Source: Deltaproteobacteria bacterium
GTDB lineage: Bacteria; Myxococcota_A; UBA9160; SMWR01
Length of the DNA: 32,734 bases
Assembly: GCA_019313605.1 (NCBI GenBank)
Contig: JAFDAW010000006.1
Span: forward strand, 1-32,734
Direction of reading: 5' to 3'
Shown here one piece after another: positions 25,546 through 32,734 of the stretch. Each line of letters opens with the position of its first letter. The stretch's first letter is position 1. A model generated the notes under the pieces. The model had not been told where the DNA came from, made no database searches, and was given only the letters and a program-made list of their open reading frames with translations. The translations under genes and the position numbers were made by a program.

Positions 25546-26931
25546 ATGGCGAGTCGTCCCAAAGCCAAGGGAATCCTTCCGGTCCTGCGTACGGATAGCC
25601 CCGATTTCGAAAAGGAATTCGCACACCTGGTCGATCGTCGTCACAGCGATGTCGACGATGTCGAAAAAACCGTCCGCAAGATCATCGAGCGCGTTCGAGA
25701 GGGCGGCGACGATGACCTGCTCGCCCTGGTGCGCAAACACGACCAGTCGAAGATCGCGAACATCAAGAAGCTCGAAGTCAGCAACGAGGAGATGGAGGAA
25801 GCGGGCGAGCTGATCGACCCGGCCGATCGCGCCGCGCTCGGCAAATCCGCGATGCGGGTGAGGGAATTCCACCGCAAGCGCATCCCCTCCAGCTGGGAAG
25901 TCCGCGAGGAGGGAGGAGGCACGTTCGGACACCGCGTGCGCCCGCTCGAGCGGGCGGGCCTCTACGTGCCCGGCGGCAAGGCCGCCTACCCGTCGAGCGT
26001 GATCATGAACGCGGTTCCGGCTTCGGTCGTCGAGGTGCCCGAGATCATCATGGCAACGCCCGCGCTGCCCGACGGCTCGGTGCGACCCGAAGTCTTGATC
26101 GCCGCCAAGGTCGCGGGCGTTCACCGCATCTTCAAGATGGGTGGTGCTCAGGCGATCGCCGCGTTGGCCTATGGAACCGAGACCGTTCCGCGCGTCGACA
26201 AGATCGTGGGTCCGGGAAATGTGTATGTGGCGACCGCGAAGCGCCTGGTGTTCGGAGACGTTGCGATCGAAAGCGAAGCCGGACCTTCGGAGGTGTTGAT
26301 CGTTGCGGATCGCAGCGCCACGCCCGCCTGGTTGGCGGCGGATTTGATTTCTCAGGCCGAACACGACGAACTCGCGAGTGCAATCCTGGTCACGACTGCG
26401 GCCTCGATGGTCGCTCGTGTCCAGGAACAGATCGCGAAGCAACTCAAGACGCTCGATCGCGCCAGTGTGGCCAAGCAGTCTCTTTCGAAGCGCGGCGCGA
26501 TCATCGTGGCGAAGAAGATGGACGAGTGCATCGAGCTTTCGAACCGCTACGCGCCGGAGCACCTGGTGATCTCCGTCGACGACCCGGAGGGGATTTCAAA
26601 GCAGGTTACGAACGCGGGTGCGATATTCCTGGGTCACTACACGCCGGTTGCAGTCGGCGACTACATCGCTGGACCGAACCACGTGCTTCCCACGGGTGGA
26701 ACCGCGCGCTTCTTCTCGCCGCTGGGTGTCGATGACTTCCTCAAGCGCACGAGCGTCACGCGCTTCGAGCCGCCCAAGCTTCGAGAACTCGGCGCGGACG
26801 TGATTCGCCTGGCCGCGATGGAGGGGTTCACGGGACACGGCACTTCCATCGATCTTCGACTACAGAAGATCAGACGTGCGCGGCGCGAACGCGAAGCGGC
26901 GCGAGATGCAGACGCGGAGGCTGAAGTATGA
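25546..26931 (+). CDS. hisD: Histidinol dehydrogenase
   Basis: YVPGG.A.YPSS, GGAQAIAALAYGT, GPGN.YV..AK, AGPSE, SQAEH, APEHL, GDY.AGPNHVLPT. Confidence 0.96.
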   Translation: MASRPKAKGILPVLRTDSPDFEKEFAHLVDRRHSDVDDVEKTVRKIIERVREGGDDDLLALVRKHDQSKIANIKKLEVSNEEMEEAGELIDPADRAALGKSAMRVREFHRKRIPSSWEVREEGGGTFGHRVRPLERAGLYVPGGKAAYPSSVIMNAVPASVVEVPEIIMATPALPDGSVRPEVLIAAKVAGVHRIFKMGGAQAIAALAYGTETVPRVDKIVGPGNVYVATAKRLVFGDVAIESEAGPSEVLIVADRSATPAWLAADLISQAEHDELASAILVTTAASMVARVQEQIAKQLKTLDRASVAKQSLSKRGAIIVAKKMDECIELSNRYAPEHLVISVDDPEGISKQVTNAGAIFLGHYTPVAVGDYIAGPNHVLPTGGTARFFSPLGVDDFLKRTSVTRFEPPKLRELGADVIRLAAMEGFTGHGTSIDLRLQKIRRARREREAARDADAEAEV

Positions 26932-27527
26932 GCGATGCGCAACGGCGCTCGGCATCCATCGAGCGAAAGACCAAAGAAACCGAAATCAACGTCCAGTTCG
27001 TCATCGACGGATCTGGCGAATACGAAATCGATACCGGGATTGCGTTCTTCGATCACATGCTCCAAAGCTTTACCCGACACGGCGCGTTCGATCTACGCCT
27101 TGCCGCCAAGGGTGATCTCGAAGTCGATACCCACCACACCATCGAGGATGTCGGGATTACACTCGGCCAGGCGTTTCGCGAAGCACTCGGCTCGGCGGCG
27201 GGAATCCGACGCTACGGATCGATCTCGCTTCCGATGGCGGAGTCGAAGCTCGAAATCGCACTCGATATTTCGAATCGGCCCTACCTCGTCTACCGGGTGG
27301 ATCTCGCGAACGATCGCATCGGCAGTTTCGACGCGTCTCTGACGGAGGATTTTCTCTACGCGTTCTCGCAGAACGCGGGGGTCGATCTGCACGTGGAACT
27401 CGCATACGGGAAGAATCCCCACCACGTAGTGGAAGCCATCTTCAAGGGGTTCGCGCGAGCCCTGCGAGCGGCGGTGGAAATCGATCCGCGCGTGAAGGGC
27501 TTGCCGACCGTGAAGGGCGCGCTGTAA
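26928..27527 (+). CDS. hisB: Imidazoleglycerol-phosphate dehydratase (monofunctional)
   Basis: RKTKETEI, FFDHML, GDL.VD.HHT.ED, NPHH..EA.FK. Confidence 0.97.
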   Translation: MSDAQRRSASIERKTKETEINVQFVIDGSGEYEIDTGIAFFDHMLQSFTRHGAFDLRLAAKGDLEVDTHHTIEDVGITLGQAFREALGSAAGIRRYGSISLPMAESKLEIALDISNRPYLVYRVDLANDRIGSFDASLTEDFLYAFSQNAGVDLHVELAYGKNPHHVVEAIFKGFARALRAAVEIDPRVKGLPTVKGAL

Positions 27528-27537
27528 TCCAGCCACC

Positions 27538-28182
27538 ATGAGCGCTTCCCCCCGAATCGCAGTCGTCGACTTCGGCGCAGGCAATCTGCGCAGTGTCGCG
27601 AAGGCCCTGGAGCGGTCCGGTATGAATCCGGACGTCACCGCAGATCCAGCGGCCGTGAACCGTGCAGATGGCGTCGTGCTGCCGGGTGTGGGGGCCTTCG
27701 CGGATGCGGTGGCGAGCCTGGCCAAGAGCGGTCTGGACGATGCGGTGCGCGATCGGCTTGCCGCCCGGCGCCCCTACCTCGGGCTTTGCCTGGGACTTCA
27801 GGTGCTCTTCGATGAAGGTGACGAGCACGGCGTGACGCCCGGCCTCGGGGTCTTGCCGGGCCGGGTCGAGCGCTTTCCCGATCAAACGCCGGATGGGGAG
27901 CAGCTGCGGGTACCCCACATCGGCTGGAACACCGTGAAGTTCAGCGGGGATCACCCGATGTTGTCGAGACTTCCCGACGAAGACTGCTTCTACTTTGTAC
28001 ACTCCTATCGCGCGATTCCGAATCGCGCATCTGATGTCGTCGGCCGGGTCGATTACGGTGGAGAGTTTGCCGCTGCGGTTGCCCGGGAGGGAATGTTCGC
28101 CGTGCAGTTTCACCCGGAAAAGAGCCAGTCAGCGGGTCGCCGCCTGCTCGACGCGTACGCGTTCTGGGTTTCGGGATCCTGA
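27538..28182 (+). CDS. hisH: Imidazole glycerol phosphate synthase, glutaminase subunit
   Basis: GNLRSV, LPGVGAF, GLCLG, VPHIGWN, YFVHSY, QFHPEKS. Confidence 0.97.
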   Translation: MSASPRIAVVDFGAGNLRSVAKALERSGMNPDVTADPAAVNRADGVVLPGVGAFADAVASLAKSGLDDAVRDRLAARRPYLGLCLGLQVLFDEGDEHGVTPGLGVLPGRVERFPDQTPDGEQLRVPHIGWNTVKFSGDHPMLSRLPDEDCFYFVHSYRAIPNRASDVVGRVDYGGEFAAAVAREGMFAVQFHPEKSQSAGRRLLDAYAFWVSGS

Positions 28183-28826
28183 TGCGTGCCCGCGGACTCG
28201 TCGCCGTTGCAGCAGTGCTCGCACTCGCGGGTTGCTCGGTCATTCGCCCCGCGCCGGTCGTGCAGAACCAGACCCTGAAGATTCCGCAGGGATCGTTGAA
28301 GCGCATCGCCGTACTGCCGTTCAGCCACAGGGATACCATGCGTCCCAGCGCCGAAGCGGGTGCAACCAGTCCGGAGATTGCCGCCGAACTGGTGGCTCGC
28401 TTCATCACCGAGTCGATGGGCAAACGCGGCATCGATGTGATCCCCGCGAGTGATCTCTCGACCGCGCTCAACGCCCAGGGGTTGAAGCCGATGGACATCA
28501 ACCCGAGAACCGCCGCTGACCTGGCGGCTGCGAAGTTCGGGGCGACCGCGATCATGATCGGTCAGGTTTCGCGCTACCGGGAGCGCCAGGGTGAGAGGTT
28601 TGGGTCGACGGGTGCGGCGAGCGTGGCCTTCACCGCGTCGATCTACACCACCGATCCCGTACAGCGTATCTGGACTTCAAAATTCGACGAAACCCAGCGC
28701 GCGCTCTCGGAGCACATCGTCAACGCCCGGCGCTACCCGGGTGGCGGCCTGCGATGGCTCACCGCTGCCGAACTCGCGCAGTGGGGGGCGGATTCCGCGA
28801 TCGCCACACTGCCCCCCGTACGCTGA
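28182..28826 (+). CDS. Lipoprotein of unknown function (possible CsgG/LpoB/TolB-N-like fold)
   Basis: Signal peptide with lipobox LAGC; RIAVLPF ... ATAIMIGQV ... IW pattern; start overlaps the hisH stop (TGATG). Confidence 0.75.
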   Translation: MRARGLVAVAAVLALAGCSVIRPAPVVQNQTLKIPQGSLKRIAVLPFSHRDTMRPSAEAGATSPEIAAELVARFITESMGKRGIDVIPASDLSTALNAQGLKPMDINPRTAADLAAAKFGATAIMIGQVSRYRERQGERFGSTGAASVAFTASIYTTDPVQRIWTSKFDETQRALSEHIVNARRYPGGGLRWLTAAELAQWGADSAIATLPPVR

Positions 28827-28842
28827 GCCGAGGCACCTGATC

Positions 28843-29583
28843 GTGACGAATTTCGAATTCATACCTGCGATCGACGTTCTCGGTGGGCGCTGCGTGCAAC
28901 TCGCGCAGGGAAAATACGATCGCGCAACCGTATTCGACGATGACCCGGTAGCGGTAGCTGCGCGCTTTGCCGCGCATCCGATCCGGCGCCTTCACGTCGT
29001 GGATCTCGACGGTGCGAAGGAGGGTCGGCGCCAGAACGCTGACGTCATTCGGCAGATTTCCGAGCAGATGGGTTCCGTACCCGTCGAGCTCGGTGGGGGT
29101 TTGCGTACGCTGGCGGCGATTGAAGATGCACTCGGCAGTGGTGTGGAGCGCGCCATTCTCGGGACGGTCGCGCTGCGCGATCCCGATCTGGTCGTCGAAG
29201 CGTGCGGCAAGTTTCCCGGTCAGATTGCGGTTGGGATCGATGCAAAGGACGGCCGGGTTGCGGTGGAAGGCTGGCTCGATGAGAGCGAGACGACCGCGAT
29301 CGAACTCGCGCGCCGTTTCGAAAACGCCGGAGTCGCCGCAATCATCTACACCGACATCACGCGCGATGGAATGCTCAGCGGGCCCAATCTCGAAGAGACC
29401 GCCGCACTCGCGCGTGCGATCGCGATCCCTGTGATCGCTTCCGGTGGGATGAGTTCGGAAGAAGACGTGCTGCGCGCCGCGTCCTGCGCGGACGGCATCA
29501 TCGCAGGCGCAATTGTCGGAACCGCGGTCTACACGGGCGCGGTCGACATCGGTCGGGTATTGGAGAAACTCTCGTGCTCCTGA
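28843..29583 (+). CDS. hisA: ProFAR isomerase
   Basis: [48 protein letters not shown]; GTG 28843 follows GAGG. Confidence 0.96.
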   Translation: MTNFEFIPAIDVLGGRCVQLAQGKYDRATVFDDDPVAVAARFAAHPIRRLHVVDLDGAKEGRRQNADVIRQISEQMGSVPVELGGGLRTLAAIEDALGSGVERAILGTVALRDPDLVVEACGKFPGQIAVGIDAKDGRVAVEGWLDESETTAIELARRFENAGVAAIIYTDITRDGMLSGPNLEETAALARAIAIPVIASGGMSSEEDVLRAASCADGIIAGAIVGTAVYTGAVDIGRVLEKLSCS

Positions 29584-30365
29584 AGCGGATCATTCCCTGC
29601 CTGGATGTCGACAAGGGCCGCGTCGTGAAGGGCGTGAAGTACGTCGACCACGTCGATGCGGGCGACCCGGTCGAGGTCGCGCAAATGTACGACGCCCAGG
29701 AGGCCGACGAGATTACCTTTCTCGATATCACGGCCAGCCACGAAGGCCGCGGGATTTTGCTCGATGTCGTTACGCGAACCGCCGAGACGGTTTTCATGCC
29801 GTTGACGGTGGGAGGTGGCGTGCGTTCACTCGCCGATATCCGCGACTTGTTGAATGCGGGGGCCGACAAGGTTTCGATCATGACCGCCGCGGTTGAGAAT
29901 CCGGATCTCGTAGGAGAGGCCGCCGTGAAGATCGGCAGTGCGAATCTGGTGGTCGCCATCGATGCCCGCGCCCGATCGGATGGGGACGGCTGGGAAGTCT
30001 GCACCCATGGCGGGCGGCGCCCGACCGGAATCGACGCGGTCGAATGGGCGGCGAAGATGGCGCAGCTGGGCGCCGGAGAGATCCTGCTCACGAGCATGGA
30101 TTGCGATGGCACCAAAGGCGGCTACGCGCTCGAGATGCTGCGGGCGGTCTCCGACGCGGTGAGTATCCCGGTGATCGCCTCTGGCGGTGGCGGCAGCGCA
30201 GACGACCTCGCGCAGGCCCTGGATGATGGCCCCGCGGGGGGGCACTCTCAGGCCGCTTTGGCCGCATCGATCTTCCATTTTCACGAAACCACCGTTCCGG
30301 ACGTCAAACGCCGACTGCTCGAGCTCGGAATCCCGGTTCGCAAGCCGTCGCCGGCTGCTGGTTGA
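29574..30365 (+). CDS. hisF: Imidazole glycerol phosphate synthase, cyclase subunit
   Basis: [56 protein letters not shown]. Confidence 0.97.
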   Translation: MLLKRIIPCLDVDKGRVVKGVKYVDHVDAGDPVEVAQMYDAQEADEITFLDITASHEGRGILLDVVTRTAETVFMPLTVGGGVRSLADIRDLLNAGADKVSIMTAAVENPDLVGEAAVKIGSANLVVAIDARARSDGDGWEVCTHGGRRPTGIDAVEWAAKMAQLGAGEILLTSMDCDGTKGGYALEMLRAVSDAVSIPVIASGGGGSADDLAQALDDGPAGGHSQAALAASIFHFHETTVPDVKRRLLELGIPVRKPSPAAG

Positions 30366-30557
30366 ACGGGGGTGGGGGGTGCGCTAATTTGGCCTCACAC
30401 TGGGAAGAGTCGAAAGTAGTTGAGTTTCCACGGGTTTTTGCTGGTTAATGAGCGTTGTAGTGGCTCTTATTTTCGACACGGAACCCAACTGAAAACCACT
30501 AACTAAAGGGTCGCGATTCTGTCGCGGCGCCTGTGTACCGGGAGAACAGAACCACTC

Positions 30558-30755
30558 ATGCCCGTGATCAAGGTCCGGGATAACGAGCCTTTCGAAGTCG
30601 CCATGAAGCGCTTCAAGAAGCAATGTGAAAAGGCCGGGATCCTGAGTGAATTGAAGAGACGCGAGTACTACGACAAGCCGAGTGTCCGCAAGAAGAAGAA
30701 GGCTGCGGCCGCTCGAAAACGCGCGCTCAAAAAAATGAGACGCGTATCGAATTAG
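30558..30755 (+). CDS. rpsU: 30S ribosomal protein S21
   Basis: EPFE.A.KRFKK.CEKAGIL.E...RE.YDKPS; GGAG RBS. Confidence 0.97.
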   Translation: MPVIKVRDNEPFEVAMKRFKKQCEKAGILSELKRREYYDKPSVRKKKKAAAARKRALKKMRRVSN

Positions 30756-30770
30756 GGCGAGGCGTATTTT

Positions 30771-32534
30771 TTGAGTCGGATCGCTGACGAGATCATCCAG
30801 GAAGTCCGCGACCGCGTCGACATTGTCGAACTCATCGGTCGCCATCTAACATTGAAGAAATCCGGCCGTAACTACGTCGGACTTTGCCCGTTTCACAGCG
30901 AGAAGACCCCGTCTTTCAACGTCAACTCCGATCGGCAGAGTTTTTACTGCTTCGGCTGCCAAAAGGGCGGCAACGCTTTCACGTTCTTGACGGAAGTCGA
31001 GAACCTGACCTTTCCGGAGGCCGTGCGGACGCTCGCGCGGGAGTGCGGGATCGAAGTTCCCGAGTCGCGTGATGGCGGCGAGCGGAGCAACACCGAAGCC
31101 CTCTATCGGGCAAACGAAATCGCTCAGGCCTGCTACCGCAAAGCCCTGCTCGTGCAGGGCAATCCGGCGCTCCCCTATCTGAAAGCGCGCGGCCTCGGCG
31201 CCGAGGCCATCGAGAAGTTTCAGTTGGGCTATGCGCCCGATTCCTGGGACACCGTCACCAATGCGCTGCGCAGTGAGAGCATCTCGCCCGAAATCGGCGC
31301 GTTGGTCGGCCTGATCGCAGAGCGAAAATCCGGTGGCCACTACGATCGCTTGCGCGATCGCGTCACCTTTCCGATTTGCGACGTGCGCGGTCGAATGATC
31401 GGCTTTGGCGGGCGCGCGATTTCGCCGGAACAGGAACCCAAATACCTCAACACCCCCGAGAGCCCGATCTTTCGCAAGCGCGCGGCGTTCTACGGTTACC
31501 CCGATGCGCTTGCGCCAATCCGCAGCGCTGCGCGCGCCGTAGTCGTCGAAGGTTACTTCGACCGGATCGCGTTGGACCTCGCGGGGGTGAGCTTCGCGGT
31601 TGCGACCTGCGGTACCGCGCTCACACCCGATCACGTCCGAGATCTTCGCCGCCGCACAGGCGAGATCGTGCTGCTCTTCGACGGCGACGAGGCCGGACAG
31701 CGCGCTCTTGAAAAGGCACTGCAGCTATTACTTCCCGAAGGCCTACGCGTGCGGGGCGTGGCACTCCCGGCGGGTGACGACCCCGACAGTTTCTCGGCCC
31801 GAGAGGGGACGAGGGCGCTCGAGGCCCTGGTGGACTCGGCTCCGCCCGCCATCGAAACCGTGATTGCGCGCGTTGCAGCGGGCGGGCACGACACCGCCTG
31901 GAAGACCGCCGATGCCGTGGCCGAAGTCGTGCCGCTGCTGGCGTTGATCCCGGGAGTGGTGGAGCGGAACGAGTACGCGACGCAGCTCGCTCTGGCCGTC
32001 GGAACGCAACCGAGGCACGTCGAAGCGGCGGTGAATTCTCAGCGTCGCGGCGAGGATCCGCGCGACGCCGTATCTGTGCGGCCGCGCAAGAGCGGCCCGG
32101 AAGATCGCATCGCCGCCCAACTCGTGCGCAGCCTGATCGAATATCCGGCGCTCGTCGAGCGCGTATCGACTGACGAACTCCTGACCCTGCTTCCGTCGGG
32201 CCCTGCAGCGGAGATCGTTCGGACGCTCGTGTCGAGGCCGCTGGGCGAGAGGGTGGATGTCGATGCCATCTGCGAGCAGCTCGGAGACGACACGCAAAGG
32301 CTCCTGAGGGAGCTCGCGGCGAACAGTACCGAACTCGATGCTGACACGGCAACGCGTATTTTGGACGATACGATTCAATGGCTGCGAAAGAGGCTGCGCG
32401 ACGAGGAAGCCCGAGCCCTCACACAGCAGCTGCGCGGCGAAGGTGAAGATTGGCGGGCCGTTCTGGAGGCAAAACAGCGCCTCCAGGGACAGCCCGTGCG
32501 ACAGGAGAATCGCCGAACGAATGTAACGACGTGA
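30771..32534 (+). CDS. dnaG: DNA primase
   Basis: Zn finger CPFH.EKTPSF...CFGC, FGGR, KYLNTPE, TOPRIM VVEGYFD and FDGDEAG, DPD. Confidence 0.97.
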   Translation: MSRIADEIIQEVRDRVDIVELIGRHLTLKKSGRNYVGLCPFHSEKTPSFNVNSDRQSFYCFGCQKGGNAFTFLTEVENLTFPEAVRTLARECGIEVPESRDGGERSNTEALYRANEIAQACYRKALLVQGNPALPYLKARGLGAEAIEKFQLGYAPDSWDTVTNALRSESISPEIGALVGLIAERKSGGHYDRLRDRVTFPICDVRGRMIGFGGRAISPEQEPKYLNTPESPIFRKRAAFYGYPDALAPIRSAARAVVVEGYFDRIALDLAGVSFAVATCGTALTPDHVRDLRRRTGEIVLLFDGDEAGQRALEKALQLLLPEGLRVRGVALPAGDDPDSFSAREGTRALEALVDSAPPAIETVIARVAAGGHDTAWKTADAVAEVVPLLALIPGVVERNEYATQLALAVGTQPRHVEAAVNSQRRGEDPRDAVSVRPRKSGPEDRIAAQLVRSLIEYPALVERVSTDELLTLLPSGPAAEIVRTLVSRPLGERVDVDAICEQLGDDTQRLLRELAANSTELDADTATRILDDTIQWLRKRLRDEEARALTQQLRGEGEDWRAVLEAKQRLQGQPVRQENRRTNVTT

Positions 32535-32603
32535 AGCTCAACGTGGAGTAGCTAGGCTGGAGATCATCTACGGATACAGAGACTGGTAAGGAGCCCTCCC
32601 CCC

Positions 32604-32734
32604 ATGGCCCCGGATATTTCAGGAAGCACCGAAGAGTCGGTTCCGCGCAAGCGGCGCCAGAAGAAAAGCTCCACGTCCGCCAAGAAGACATGTGGCGTCG
32701 AAGAGCCCCAGCAAGAATCGACAGCGCAATCGAG
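32604..32734 (+). CDS. 5' fragment of an ORF (MAPDISGSTEESVPRKRRQKK...), probably sigma70 RpoD by rpsU-dnaG-rpoD synteny
   Basis: AAGGAG RBS at 32588-32593, ATG 32604, frame open to the window end. No sigma motif is visible in the fragment, so identity rests on synteny only. Confidence 0.45.
   Translation, partial: MAPDISGSTEESVPRKRRQKKSSTSAKKTCGVEEPQQESTAQS

Noticed and set aside
30368-30380. G-run after hisF as a G-quadruplex
   Set aside because: Only two G-tracts, insufficient for a confident call

Overview
GC-rich (roughly 60-65% by eye) bacterial core-genome window. Gene content and order suggest a deltaproteobacterial/Myxococcota-type organism (inference only). Left end: trxB, an OadG-like membrane protein plus a stand-alone biotin carrier, and a PAS-HisKA-receiver protein with no ATPase domain. 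A long minus-strand run follows: rne/rng-rplU-rpmA-obgE-proB-proA-nadD-rsfS-gpmI-comF-sulfatase-like. The plus strand then carries selA, an HNH nuclease, a MinD/FlhG-like ATPase, a J-like/RodZ-HTH protein, rluD, pgeF, a long leader, rho, prfA, prmC, murA, hisD, hisB, hisH, a lipoprotein, hisA, hisF, rpsU, dnaG and a truncated ORF that is probably rpoD. I saw no tRNA, rRNA, CRISPR array or mobile element. The best candidate for an uncharacterised system is the HNH / MinD-like ATPase / HPD-less J-domain + RodZ-type HTH module (16280-18532), which appears to have its own promoter. Other notable items are the kinase lacking a catalytic domain, the orphan decarboxylase subunits, the ~460-nt rho leader with a (CAAAAA)4 tract, a Rho with a charge-blocked disordered N-terminus, and a probable rplU promoter and hairpin inside the rne coding tail. 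All calls are from motif recognition by eye; no database search was run.
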